A stretch of 64,000 bases of DNA from an uncultured Candidatus Saccharibacteria bacterium (GTDB lineage: Bacteria; Patescibacteriota; Minisyncoccia; Phycocordibacterales; UBA9973): positions 3,927 through 67,926 of the forward strand of contig CAZWJU010000004.1 in assembly GCA_964634365.1 (NCBI GenBank). The letters run 5' to 3'. Shown in pieces: positions 36,676-47,055 of the stretch (positions within the stretch are counted from its first letter, which is position 1; every line of letters starts with the position of its first letter). Position numbers and translations under genes: made by a program. The notes below the pieces were generated by a model. It was not told where the DNA came from. It worked only from the letters and a program-made list of their open reading frames with translations, and searched no databases.

Positions 36676-38922
36676 ATGTATCTTAAACGTATTGAATTAA
36701 CTGGATTTAAATCTTTTGCCAAGAAAACCGTTCTTGAGTTTTCGGCGCCAGTTACGGCTATAGTTGGGCCAAACGGATCAGGTAAGTCAAACGTAGTTGA
36801 ATCTCTCCGCTTCGTTTTAGGTGAACAATCTATAAAATCAATGCGTGGAAAATCTGGCACAGATTTGATCTTCAAGGGATCGAAAGGTCTCTCTGCTCCA
36901 AATCGTGCTTCTGTAGAGATTGTTTTTGATAATACTAAAAAAATATTTTCTTTTGCAAACAAAGAAGGTGCACCAGAGCTACTTTTTGATGAGGTCTCTA
37001 TATCTCGTGAAGTCTATTCTGATGGACAGAATGTATACAAGATAAATGGTACAGATGTAAGACTTAAAGATATAGTTGAATTGCTTTCTAGTGTTCACAT
37101 AGGTAGCTCGGGTCATCATATGATTTCACAGGGTGAGGCTGATCGAATACTCAATGCTTCTTCAAAAGACAGAAGAGCAATGATTGAAGATGCTCTTGGT
37201 TTAAAAATATATCAATATCGCATAAGAGAAAGTGAAAGAAAATTAGAAAGAACCTCTCTTAATATGAAAGAAATAGCAACTTTACGCCGCGAGATAGGTC
37301 CGCACCTACATTTTCTGAAGAAACAAGTTGAAAAAATTGAAAAAGCAAAAGAAATGCGCGTGGAACTTTCTGGTTTATATGCAGAGTATTTTGCAAATGA
37401 AGCTTTTTACCTAGACAAGGAGAGAAGTAGGGTTCAAATAAAAAAATCTACAATAGCTGCTGAATTAGATAAAATTACACACTCTCTTGGGCTACTTAGT
37501 ACTCCAGATAGTAAGAAAACAAATGATGATGAGATTGCTGTAAGAGAGGCACAGAAAGCTTTACTTGATATAAATACAGAGAGAGATGAAATAATTAGAA
37601 AAATTGCTCGACTAGAGGGACTACTTGAAGCAAAGAAATCTTTATCACAAACAAAAGAGAATACAGAAGATTTGTTGATATCACAATCTGAGGTTAGAAA
37701 AATGCTCGATGAGGTTTCTAGTTCTATTGATGAAGCTATACAAAGACAGTCCAGAGAAGATATTGTCGAAGCTTTGTTGTCTCTAAAAAATCGACTCCAG
37801 TCTTTTGTTTCTTCTGGTGAAAATACAAACACAAAAAACAACGATTTGATTGAGGAAATAAAAATCTTGGAAATTTCTTATGATGAACTCTCTGTTTTAG
37901 AGAAGAACTTATCCGAAGAGAGATCTAAAAAAGAAGCTGTATTAGAAGAAGCGCGTAATATACTTAGAAATAAAGAGAGAGAAGACAGGGAAGGTGAAAA
38001 AGAGCGTTATGAATTAAAACAAAAAGAAACTGAATTGATAGGAGCTCGAGATATACTTTTGGTACAAGAAGAAACACTAAAGAGTCAGGAGGTTTCTTTC
38101 CAGGACGAATTAAAAGAAGCTGAGGTTTTGATTGGTTTTGGAGCTAGTGCTTATGATCCATCTATCGGTAAAGAGGTTAGTAGGATAGACCAAGAAGATG
38201 TACGAAGAAGAATAGAGAGACTAAAGATAAAAATAGAAGACGTTGGTGGTGGAGCTGGTGGCGATATTTTGAAAGAATACGAAGAAACAGTTTCCAGGGA
38301 TCAATTTTTAGCAAAAGAATTGGCAGACTTAGAAAGTAGTATTTTAGAATTAAAGACCCTAATACGTGATTTGCGCGATACTTTGGATGAAGAATTTAAT
38401 TCAGGGATCGAGAAGATAAATGAACAATTCCAAAAGTTTTTTGCATTAATGTTCGGCGGAGGAACTGCTTTCTTGCGTATAATGGTCGAACACAAAGGTG
38501 TTCGTGAATCTGAAGATGAGTACAAAGAAGAAGTCGCTGATGATTCTACTTCAGAACTATTGTTTGAAAGAGGTATTGAGATAAATGTCGCCCTGCCTCA
38601 TAAAAAGGTTAAGGATCTGCATATGTTATCAGGAGGTGAGAGATCTTTAACTTCTATAGCGCTCTTGTTTGCTATGTCTCAGGTTAACCCACCGCCATTC
38701 TTGGTACTGGACGAAACAGATGCAGCGCTCGATGAAGCAAATAGTAGAAAATATGGCGATATGATTGAATCCTTGGCCAAGTATTCTCAGCTGATCGTTG
38801 TTACACACAACAGAGAGACAATGTCTCGTGCAAATATACTTTATGGTGTAACAATTGGTTCTGATGGAGGATCAAAATTACTTTCTATAAAATTTGACGA
38901 AGCTTTGAAAGTTGCTAAATAA
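36676..38922 (+). CDS. smc: SMC-family chromosome segregation ATPase (short form)
   Basis: GFKSFA, GPNGSGKSN, SQG Q-loop, LSGGE, LDETDAALD, THN. Confidence 0.9.
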   Translation: MYLKRIELTGFKSFAKKTVLEFSAPVTAIVGPNGSGKSNVVESLRFVLGEQSIKSMRGKSGTDLIFKGSKGLSAPNRASVEIVFDNTKKIFSFANKEGAPELLFDEVSISREVYSDGQNVYKINGTDVRLKDIVELLSSVHIGSSGHHMISQGEADRILNASSKDRRAMIEDALGLKIYQYRIRESERKLERTSLNMKEIATLRREIGPHLHFLKKQVEKIEKAKEMRVELSGLYAEYFANEAFYLDKERSRVQIKKSTIAAELDKITHSLGLLSTPDSKKTNDDEIAVREAQKALLDINTERDEIIRKIARLEGLLEAKKSLSQTKENTEDLLISQSEVRKMLDEVSSSIDEAIQRQSREDIVEALLSLKNRLQSFVSSGENTNTKNNDLIEEIKILEISYDELSVLEKNLSEERSKKEAVLEEARNILRNKEREDREGEKERYELKQKETELIGARDILLVQEETLKSQEVSFQDELKEAEVLIGFGASAYDPSIGKEVSRIDQEDVRRRIERLKIKIEDVGGGAGGDILKEYEETVSRDQFLAKELADLESSILELKTLIRDLRDTLDEEFNSGIEKINEQFQKFFALMFGGGTAFLRIMVEHKGVRESEDEYKEEVADDSTSELLFERGIEINVALPHKKVKDLHMLSGGERSLTSIALLFAMSQVNPPPFLVLDETDAALDEANSRKYGDMIESLAKYSQLIVVTHNRETMSRANILYGVTIGSDGGSKLLSIKFDEALKVAK

Positions 38923-38958
38923 AAAAACGGAATTTTTAAAAATTCCGTTTTTATTTTT

Positions 38959-39658
38959 TTATAAATATTCTGCGATTTCTGTATAGGTGGTAGTGTTTAC
39001 CACCCATCCATCTCGCTTGAGTAATTTTAAAATACCTTTCACATGTTTCTCTCCATAATGAATAAAAATATCTTTATTTGAGTATATTTTAATTTTTTCG
39101 GCAACTATTTGGTTGCGATGGTCTAAAATTACAGGCATCGCTTTTCTGAAAATAAACCAAAATACCAACTTACTAAAAGACCACTTTTTTGAACTATCCA
39201 TCAGTTTTTTTTAGATTGTCTTTTTCTGTAAGATATTCTTTGATTTCTTTCATTTCTTCTTGATTAATATTTGAAAATATTTTCAAAATAGACCTGCATT
39301 TGAATCCATTCTCATCAAGTTTCTGCGTAAGTGTATCAAAAGTTATATCAGCGTTTACCGCACCTTCTGGGTATTTTATTCTCTCTTTCTGTGTCGATAT
39401 GCCAAGACTTTCAGCAAAGACTGGATAGAGGTCAAAAAGAAACATAAAGAATTTTTGTATGTTCTTTTCGTTTTGGTTTAGTTTCCTTTCTGTAGGATAT
39501 TTTTTAATACCTTCAAAGAAAATCTGGTAACCATTTTCTGTTGCCAAATTTATATCATATTGGAGCATTTCATAAAGCTTGTCAGGTCCTATATGTATCA
39601 TGCCCTGTAATACAGCTTTTTGGTTACCTCGTGTCAAAAAAGTTTTTGATAAAAGCAT
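38959..39658 (-). pseudogene. Frameshifted hypothetical gene (two ORFs joined at an A8 run)
   Basis: Removing one A from CTAAAAAAAACTGATG (T run 39205-39212) fuses 39194-39658 to 38959-39201. Confidence 0.6.
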
Positions 39659-39769
39659 TATCTAATTTTATTGGTTACCACAAAAGGCAAGTACCTACTT
39701 TGGAAACCAATAAAACGATTTTTAAAAACATCATTTTCTATGTTTTAACATTTATATATTATATTGTCA

Positions 39770-39806
39770 AATAAAAAACTCCGCATCAAGCGGAGTTTTT
39801 TATTTT
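39770..39806. terminator. Hairpin terminator
   Basis: AATAAAAAACTCCGC-ATCAA-GCGGAGTTTTTTATT. Confidence 0.78.
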
Positions 39807-39808
39807 TT

Positions 39809-42022
39809 CTATTGTTTTTTTACTGTTACGTAATTACTGAAAGTACTATTTCCTGAAGTATCATAAGCTTTCGCTCCAACTCTATATGTACCGACAGGTA
39901 ATTGGGCTGTATTCCATGTGGATTTGTAAGGAGCTGTATCATCTGTTGCAATTAGATTTTTTATATCTCCTGTGCTGCCATAATAGAATTCTACCTTCTG
40001 TATGCCGATATTATCTGCTGCGCTTGCTGCTACAGCTGTCGTAGCTCCATTTAGTATGAATTTATCTGCAGGTCCGACTAGTTCGACAGTAGGTGCTTCT
40101 GTGTCACTTTCTGGTTCGTCGGTTACTTCACCCTCATCACAGTTTCCAGTTATATTTTCCAGTATAGTACAACCAGGATTATCTTCTATAATATCTGTAT
40201 TTATAGTTATTGTAGATATTCCAAAAGATGGTATATAGAGATTTGTAATACTTGAGTAAAAGTCGTTTTCTCTTACTGTAACCTCATGTCCGGGATTTAC
40301 AGCGAACTCAGTCTTTCCTCTACTTGCATAGTTTGCGTCTCCATCGATTGAATATAGATTTGCACTAGAGCTATTTAAGTCTACAGTTTCTCCGTCAATT
40401 GTGAGTTCGTCTATGTGTAAAGTTTTGTCTGTGAGATTTGTAAATGCTAAAGCTATGTCTCCATTATCTTTTTTGTATCCATATATTGTTACATCATTTG
40501 GATCTAATCCTGGAGTATTTATTGTAAAAGTAGTTTCAAGTGGTTTGTAGTCGTCTTGAAATATTTCTTTCATAGACATATAAGCAAAGTACGGTGTTCG
40601 TCTTACAAATTCACCAGTATCCTCTGGTTCGCTGTTACCAACTCCTTTTGATACATGTAGATTTATCATTGCGTTTCCACCATCGGTTACATATGTATGT
40701 AAGTTTGCAAATGGAATAAAGTTTCCATTATATGCATTTTGCATATTTATAATATTCATTACATTTGTAACAAAAGCAGCATGAAGTATTGAGTTTGCGT
40801 ATTTTGCATCTGTTCCATTTAGGGGGTCTTGGTTTATGTTCCATTCAGTAAACCACATATTTTTTCCTGGGAAATTTTCTTTATACCAACTAAATATTAC
40901 AGGTAATCTTACTGTTCCGTTTGGTCCTTCTACTGTATTTCGTAGATCGCGTATTTCTTCGAGTCCACATGCAAATATAGAATCTCTATCTCCTGTGGCA
41001 ATTTCATCTTCACAGCTATTGAAAGGTGCGTAGAAGTGAACAGTGTAATTGTCATATCCATGCTCGTTCATTTTTGTTGCTAGGGAAATATTCCATTCTG
41101 TATTGAAATCACTAGCTTCCCATTCCGCCCCTTCTTCAAAATTCTTTTTTGGAGCAGCTGAAACCGCAAACGGTATTCCAGGATGTGAAGCAAGTATTAG
41201 ATCTCTGTAAGTATCACAAGTGTCTAGATATTCTTCCACGGATAGAGGAGCATTTATCGTTGGGTTGCCTGGATTGTACCAAGGGTGAGTTTTTGCGTAT
41301 GCTTCGTTACCGCATTCTATACCAATTATTTGTACACCTTCTTCTATCAAGAAATCTATTTTCTCCAATTCTGCTTGTGGTGTTGAATATCTTAGATTTA
41401 AAACAAACATAGATTTAGAATTTCCTGCATCTAATATATCAACGTAATCTCTAATAAAATTACGAGATTTTGTATTTTGGAATCCTTCTAAATAAGATAG
41501 ATTCCCATATCTAGGTTTTGTTGCTAGAAGTTGGTCTAGTTCTCCAGTGTTTCCATTAGCCTCTTCATCCTCTCTGTCTGCAATAATAAATCCATTTCCG
41601 CGGATTTCGTTTCCAGGAGCAAGATTTGCTATTTCAGCTGCAGAGAGCCTGCCTGTTTCTAGGTATGTAGTCTTAAAATGATAATAACTTACTTCGCCTC
41701 CGGCAAAAAATCTAGCATAGTAAGGCTCTAGGTCACTAGTAAAGTCTTCTATAGTAGATAGCCATCCATCAGCAACACCGGCTTCATCTAAAAGCTTTGC
41801 CATATGAATACCATATATCCCTGGTTCTACAGAATCAGCCCCTCCAATTGAATTTAAATTTATACTTATTGTGGCTACATCTTCTGGGTTTACTAGTGCT
41901 TTTAGATAACTGCTTCTGTTTATTGCAAATTGACCTATAAAATAACCTGCTCCAATAACAAGCACAACCAGAAAAAGACTTTTGATTGAGTTATATTCTG
42001 GATCTTTTAAAAAATTTTTCAT
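39809..42022 (-). CDS. Membrane-anchored clan GH-A-like glycoside hydrolase with C-terminal Ig-like domain
   Basis: N-terminal TM; IECGNE (acid/base-like) and WFTEWN (nucleophile-like); DTEAPTV...KVEFY...AYDTSGN Ig domain. Confidence 0.65.
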   Translation of the reverse strand: MKNFLKDPEYNSIKSLFLVVLVIGAGYFIGQFAINRSSYLKALVNPEDVATISINLNSIGGADSVEPGIYGIHMAKLLDEAGVADGWLSTIEDFTSDLEPYYARFFAGGEVSYYHFKTTYLETGRLSAAEIANLAPGNEIRGNGFIIADREDEEANGNTGELDQLLATKPRYGNLSYLEGFQNTKSRNFIRDYVDILDAGNSKSMFVLNLRYSTPQAELEKIDFLIEEGVQIIGIECGNEAYAKTHPWYNPGNPTINAPLSVEEYLDTCDTYRDLILASHPGIPFAVSAAPKKNFEEGAEWEASDFNTEWNISLATKMNEHGYDNYTVHFYAPFNSCEDEIATGDRDSIFACGLEEIRDLRNTVEGPNGTVRLPVIFSWYKENFPGKNMWFTEWNINQDPLNGTDAKYANSILHAAFVTNVMNIINMQNAYNGNFIPFANLHTYVTDGGNAMINLHVSKGVGNSEPEDTGEFVRRTPYFAYMSMKEIFQDDYKPLETTFTINTPGLDPNDVTIYGYKKDNGDIALAFTNLTDKTLHIDELTIDGETVDLNSSSANLYSIDGDANYASRGKTEFAVNPGHEVTVRENDFYSSITNLYIPSFGISTITINTDIIEDNPGCTILENITGNCDEGEVTDEPESDTEAPTVELVGPADKFILNGATTAVAASAADNIGIQKVEFYYGSTGDIKNLIATDDTAPYKSTWNTAQLPVGTYRVGAKAYDTSGNSTFSNYVTVKKQ

Positions 42023-42086
42023 ATAGAATTAAACACGTTTCTAAGCGAATAATACGACGGTCTAATTATACCAGATAAAAGTAACT

Positions 42087-44435
42087 TTATGGGTAATCCA
42101 AGATTTCTTGGGGTTGAAAATAAGAGTTCAGTTTGACAAGTTTTTTTTGATAGCTTTCTAGCTTATCTCCAGAGAAACTGACTTCCACTATTAGGCCTTG
42201 CATTGTTTCTTCTGAGAAGTATTGATCAAATATTAGGTTTCCAAGACTGTACATTATTAGCGCTCCTTTATATTCCTCTGTATCTTGTATGACATGAGGG
42301 TGGTGTCCTACAACTAACTCAGCACCGTTTTCTACTGCTTTATAAGCTAAAGTTTTTTGTCGTGCGTTATGTTCTGAATATTCAGTACCCCAGTGAAAAG
42401 ATACAGCTAGTATATCTACTTTTTGATTTGCGTTTCTTATTATATTTTCCAAATCTGGATCGCTTGCTATCAATATTCCAGATGAAGTATCTGTAGCCTT
42501 TACCCAATCTGGGCCAACATCAGAGAATCCCAAGAACCCAATTTTTAATCCATTTTTTTCTATTATTGTTGGCTCTATTGCGACAGGTCGATTGCTTCCA
42601 GCACCTGTGTATTTTATTCCAGATTCTCTTAGTCTTGATAGAGTGTCATTGAAAGCGCTTTTATTCCAGTCGCCGACATGGTTGTTTGCAAAAGATACAA
42701 TATCTATGCCCGCATACCTCATAACATCTAAAACTTTAGGGTCCATGCGAAAAGAATATTTACTTCCTACATTGTTGCCGGTGTCCGATACTGGCCCTTC
42801 AAGATTTATGAAACTTATATCTGCTTCTTTTAAGGGAATTAGATTTTCGAACAATCTAGAATAATCTCCTGCAAAATTTCTATCTACAGAACTTTTTACA
42901 CCTCTATCTAGCATCACATCTCCACCAAAAGCTAGTTTTACTTTTCTACTTGGTTCTTCTGTGCTCTCTACTATTTCGACAGGTCTATTAGCTCCTCTGT
43001 ATACATTTTTTCTTAAGTAGCCAAGTAGTTCATTTGTATCTCCATATCTGTCTGAGCTTTGCAATAATATTATTGCAATTGTTCTGTTTTCAAATTCTGA
43101 TATAGGTACATCAAATAGTGCAACAATCGTTTCTTTTGCAGGGTTTGTATAACCAGTTTTTCCTCCAGCATAATTTTCTTCTCCCAGATATCTATTTGTA
43201 TTTACCCATGTATGAGTTCCATTGGAATATTTTTCTAACTTAGTTATGTCGTATACATAGTGCTTGAACTCGTGTATATATCTAGCCATCTTAAACAAAT
43301 CTCTAGCTGTCGATATGTTGTTTTCTGATAATCCACTTGGGTCATCAAAATTTGTTTGCATTAGGCCAATAGAAGAAGCTTTAGTGTTCATTGCGCGCAT
43401 AAAATAATTGCGCCCGACTTGTTCGGCAATTATTTCTGCAGAGTCGTTTGAAGATTCTAAAAGAAGAGGGAACAGGAGATCGCTATTTTTTATTTTTTCT
43501 CCTATATAAAAACCACCATTTTCTCCATAAGTAGAAAGAGCTTTTTTTGATACAGTGGACATTCCGCGTTGGTGAACTACGTCTAGCGCTGTTAGTGCAG
43601 TCATGAGTTTTGATACAGAGGCAATAGGGTGGACTTCATCCATATTTTTTTCCAAGATAATATCTCCCGAAGAAACATCTCCCACTATATATGCACTAGC
43701 CGAGACTTTTGGTAGTAGTTTTGGATTTTTCAAAAAGTAAGGAGATGATTCTCCTACGGAAGTTGGTTCTTCGCTTGTGGTGCTGTATATAGAAACAGTT
43801 GTTCCTATGTCTGCCCATTCATACAAAGCTTTTGCGTCCGATGTGTCTAATCTTATGCATCCGCCTGAATATCCTATGTCTGCTAGAGGTTTACCCAAAT
43901 TATCCACTGGCCATCCGTGGATAAAATAGTTTCCAAAAAATTGCATGCTCCATGGCATCCAAACTTTACCAAAACTTGAAAGATGATTTTCTTCTTTGTA
44001 TAAAACACTATACTTTCCTCCTGGTGTCTCCCAATAAGAACCTGTTTTTCCTTTTGATAGGACTGGAATATTTTTTATTATTTTTCCGTCTTCATATTGA
44101 GTAAGCTCCATACTCTCAAGATTTATGCGGATTACTTTTCCTGTTTCTGGAGGTGTATACATTCCATCGCTTATATTTCCAAGTGCTATTTCTACAGGCG
44201 AAAGATTGCTCTCGCTCTGTTCATTTTCTTGTGTAAAATTTTCTCCCAATACATCGTTGTCTATACCACGAATTTTGTCGCCCAATATGCTCAGTTGTTC
44301 ACTGAAAGCTTTAACTGATGTAAGAGCTCGCAGAGATCCTTGAAATATAAAAATAGCAATTAGTATCCCACACAAAACAGACCCGATTGTTAGTCCGGAT
44401 ACGAGAAAAACTTGTTTTACTCTTTTTCTTTGCAT
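42087..44435 (-). CDS. Fusion of L,D-transpeptidase, D-Ala-D-Ala carboxypeptidase (S11) and CapA domain
   Basis: FIHGW...SGGCIRL; ASVSK, SSN, KTG; GDVML, NLEG, ANNH, HWG, GHHPH, YSLGN. Confidence 0.88.
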   Translation of the reverse strand: MQRKRVKQVFLVSGLTIGSVLCGILIAIFIFQGSLRALTSVKAFSEQLSILGDKIRGIDNDVLGENFTQENEQSESNLSPVEIALGNISDGMYTPPETGKVIRINLESMELTQYEDGKIIKNIPVLSKGKTGSYWETPGGKYSVLYKEENHLSSFGKVWMPWSMQFFGNYFIHGWPVDNLGKPLADIGYSGGCIRLDTSDAKALYEWADIGTTVSIYSTTSEEPTSVGESSPYFLKNPKLLPKVSASAYIVGDVSSGDIILEKNMDEVHPIASVSKLMTALTALDVVHQRGMSTVSKKALSTYGENGGFYIGEKIKNSDLLFPLLLESSNDSAEIIAEQVGRNYFMRAMNTKASSIGLMQTNFDDPSGLSENNISTARDLFKMARYIHEFKHYVYDITKLEKYSNGTHTWVNTNRYLGEENYAGGKTGYTNPAKETIVALFDVPISEFENRTIAIILLQSSDRYGDTNELLGYLRKNVYRGANRPVEIVESTEEPSRKVKLAFGGDVMLDRGVKSSVDRNFAGDYSRLFENLIPLKEADISFINLEGPVSDTGNNVGSKYSFRMDPKVLDVMRYAGIDIVSFANNHVGDWNKSAFNDTLSRLRESGIKYTGAGSNRPVAIEPTIIEKNGLKIGFLGFSDVGPDWVKATDTSSGILIASDPDLENIIRNANQKVDILAVSFHWGTEYSEHNARQKTLAYKAVENGAELVVGHHPHVIQDTEEYKGALIMYSLGNLIFDQYFSEETMQGLIVEVSFSGDKLESYQKKLVKLNSYFQPQEILDYP

Positions 44436-44447
44436 TTATTTTTTTGA

Positions 44448-46448
44448 TTATGCAACTAGAGCGTAATCAATTATTTTTTTCTCGAGGTTTGCGTTCACTA
44501 CTTTTATTTTTACAGTATTTCCGATTCGGTAGCGTTTTTTTGTTTTGGTGCCGATGATTGCCATGTGCTTTTCATCAAATATAAATATGTCACCCTCAAG
44601 ATCTCTCAATTTTATCATACCTTCGCATTTTGTTTCTTTTTCTTCCACATATAGGCCCCATTCTGTAACTCCAGATATAACACCTTCAAATATTTCCCCA
44701 ACACGTGAAGACATGTATTCAACTTGTTTGTATTTTATACTTGAACGCTCTGCATCGGTTGCATGTTTTTCACGTTCTGAAGCGTAAAGTGCGCTCTCTT
44801 GATATGTTTGCCAAGAATCTTTCTTGATTTCTTTGTTTGCTAGATATTCCATAAGCAGTCTGTGTACGATCACATCAGGGTAGCGCCTGATAGGTGAAGT
44901 GAAGTGAGTATAGAAATCAAAAGCTAGACCGTAGTGTCCTATGTTTTTTGTAGAATAAACAGCCTTTGCCATAGAGCGGATGATTGCGGTTTGTATTGTA
45001 TTTTTTTCAGGGTGACCGTCTAGATCTTCGAGTAGCTTGTTCAGTGCTTCTGGTTTTGGTAGTCCATCGTGCAGTGGAAGTTTATAACCAAGCGACTTTA
45101 GGAAAAAGGCTAGGTCTGCAATTCTCATTTTATCTGGTAGGTCGTGTACTCTGTATACAAAAACTCTGTCTTTGCGTTTTCCGTTCCCAGATATAAACTC
45201 AGCAACTTTTCTGTTTGCGAGCAACATGAATTCTTCTATGAGCTTATGAGAGTCTGTGCGAACTTTGCGTACGACAGATATAGGTACGCCTTTTTCATCG
45301 AGCTTGAACTTAACTTCTTCTTGATCGAGTGACATCGCACCTTTATCGAAACGTGCTTTTAGCAACTTCTTTGCTATGCCGTTCATAATTTGAAGTTCGT
45401 GAGCAAAATCTCCTTTTTTAGTATCTAGAACTTCTTGGGCCTCTTCATATGTAAAGCGTCTAACAGAGTGTATTATAGTGCGTCCATACCATTCACTTAA
45501 AACAGCTCCGCTTTTGTTCATTATAAAAATTGCACTCATAGAAAGTCTGTCTACATTTGGTTTTAGACTACAGAGATCGTTTGATAAAACGTCTGGAAGC
45601 ATAGGGATTGTTCGGTCGACTAGATATACAGAAGTTCCGCGTTTGTAAGCTTCATCGTCGAGAGCTGTGCCTGGTCTTACAAAGTGAGACACGTCAGCAA
45701 TATGGATTCCAATCTCGTATGTCCCGTCTGGTAGCTCTACAAAAGATAGGGCGTCGTCGAAGTCTTTCGCGTCGTATGGATCGATAGTAAAAGTAGGTAC
45801 TTTTCGCATATCACGGCGAACTCCTTCGTCGCGAGTAGATTTGTCATATAAATGTTTTGCTTCGTTTATAACTTCAATAGGGAAGTCACTGTCAAAGCCA
45901 CGCTCAAGCGCTATACCTTGCATCTCGGCATTGTTCTCGTACGGTTTTCCTAGAACTTTTTCGATTTTTCCTATAGGAGATTTTTTTGGATCGTCCCATG
46001 AACTAATCGTCCCGAAAACTTTATCTCCATTTTTTGCACCATTTAACTTTTCTTTTGGGATGATTATGTCTGTGTACATTTTTGTATCAGCAGGTACAAG
46101 AAAAAACATCCCCTCACTTTCTTCTAGTACACCGGAAAATCCAGGTCTTCCACGAGAGATTACTTTCTCCACTTCACCCATACGAGCACCCTTTTGTTTT
46201 ATTGGTAGTATACGCACACTAACCAAGTCTCCATGAAGGGCAGTGTTCAGACCTCCGCGGATTATGGCGATTTCTTCTTTTGGTTCACGAATACGCAAAT
46301 ACCCATCTCCTCGAGAATTTACTGATATTGTTCCTTCTATAATTTCTGTCTTTTTATCGTGTTTTTTATCAAATTTAGGTTTTTTGAAATCGCTTTTTCC
46401 AGATATTTTAGGGCCTTTTTTGTGTTTATTTGCTTGTTTTTTAATCAT
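44448..46448 (-). CDS. rnr: Ribonuclease R
   Basis: FTIDPYDAKDFDDA, HIADVSHFV, EEFMLLAN, HFTSPIRRYPD, S1 domain. Confidence 0.95.
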   Translation of the reverse strand: MIKKQANKHKKGPKISGKSDFKKPKFDKKHDKKTEIIEGTISVNSRGDGYLRIREPKEEIAIIRGGLNTALHGDLVSVRILPIKQKGARMGEVEKVISRGRPGFSGVLEESEGMFFLVPADTKMYTDIIIPKEKLNGAKNGDKVFGTISSWDDPKKSPIGKIEKVLGKPYENNAEMQGIALERGFDSDFPIEVINEAKHLYDKSTRDEGVRRDMRKVPTFTIDPYDAKDFDDALSFVELPDGTYEIGIHIADVSHFVRPGTALDDEAYKRGTSVYLVDRTIPMLPDVLSNDLCSLKPNVDRLSMSAIFIMNKSGAVLSEWYGRTIIHSVRRFTYEEAQEVLDTKKGDFAHELQIMNGIAKKLLKARFDKGAMSLDQEEVKFKLDEKGVPISVVRKVRTDSHKLIEEFMLLANRKVAEFISGNGKRKDRVFVYRVHDLPDKMRIADLAFFLKSLGYKLPLHDGLPKPEALNKLLEDLDGHPEKNTIQTAIIRSMAKAVYSTKNIGHYGLAFDFYTHFTSPIRRYPDVIVHRLLMEYLANKEIKKDSWQTYQESALYASEREKHATDAERSSIKYKQVEYMSSRVGEIFEGVISGVTEWGLYVEEKETKCEGMIKLRDLEGDIFIFDEKHMAIIGTKTKKRYRIGNTVKIKVVNANLEKKIIDYALVA

Positions 46449-46518
46449 TTTTTAGAATTTTTAGGCATTTAAGCCTTGGTTTATATAGGTTTTTTGATTA
46501 TAACACATATTTTAATAC

Positions 46519-46547
46519 TTGACAAATAGGTTGTAATAGTATATAAT
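46519..46547 (+). promoter_or_regulatory. Consensus sigma70 promoter TTGACA-17-TATAAT
   Basis: TTGACA aataggttgtaatagta TATAAT. Confidence 0.8.
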
Positions 46548-46567
46548 ACTACCAGAATAGTTATGAA

Positions 46568-46657
46568 GGGTTAGGTGAATGAAAAAAGAATTTTGTTCAG
46601 AGAATGTTTGCTTTAAAAACTCTGTATAGAATTCTTTTTTTATTCACAAAATAACCC
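46568..46657 (+). other. Long 5'-leader RNA hairpin
   Basis: 28-bp stem 46575-46602 / 46620-46647 with three G-U wobbles and one mismatch, plus outer GGGTTA/TAACCC. Confidence 0.7.
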
Positions 46658-46662
46658 AAATT

Positions 46663-46905
46663 ATGGCGAATAATATTTCTGTTGTAGATGAGCTTAAAAA
46701 AAGAATTGCTGAGCAAAAAAAGCAATGTCTTATGAACCCAGAGGATGAGCACATCATCCTACTTGGTTCAAAAAAATTACCTTCAGATGATGAACCAATA
46801 TCTTTTTCTGATGACGAATTCGTATCAGACATGATGTTGAGCGATCTTCAGATATTTGAAGGGGGTAATTTATACAGGAAGCTCGGCATCACCGGGGCGC
46901 CCTAA
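46663..46905 (+). CDS. Hypothetical protein (80 aa)
   Basis: ORF immediately after the leader hairpin. Confidence 0.55.
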   Translation: MANNISVVDELKKRIAEQKKQCLMNPEDEHIILLGSKKLPSDDEPISFSDDEFVSDMMLSDLQIFEGGNLYRKLGITGAP

Positions 46906-47055
46906 AATATTTTTTTAAACCATAATTTTTTTTTGCATGATGCGAGTCTGGTAAATTAAATTTACCTCGACTAAAAAAGTCTAGGTAATAGATTTTATTG
47001 GGTACTGCCGTTAGTCCTGGTTCTTAACCAGAAAAACCAAGCAGTGAAATGTATA

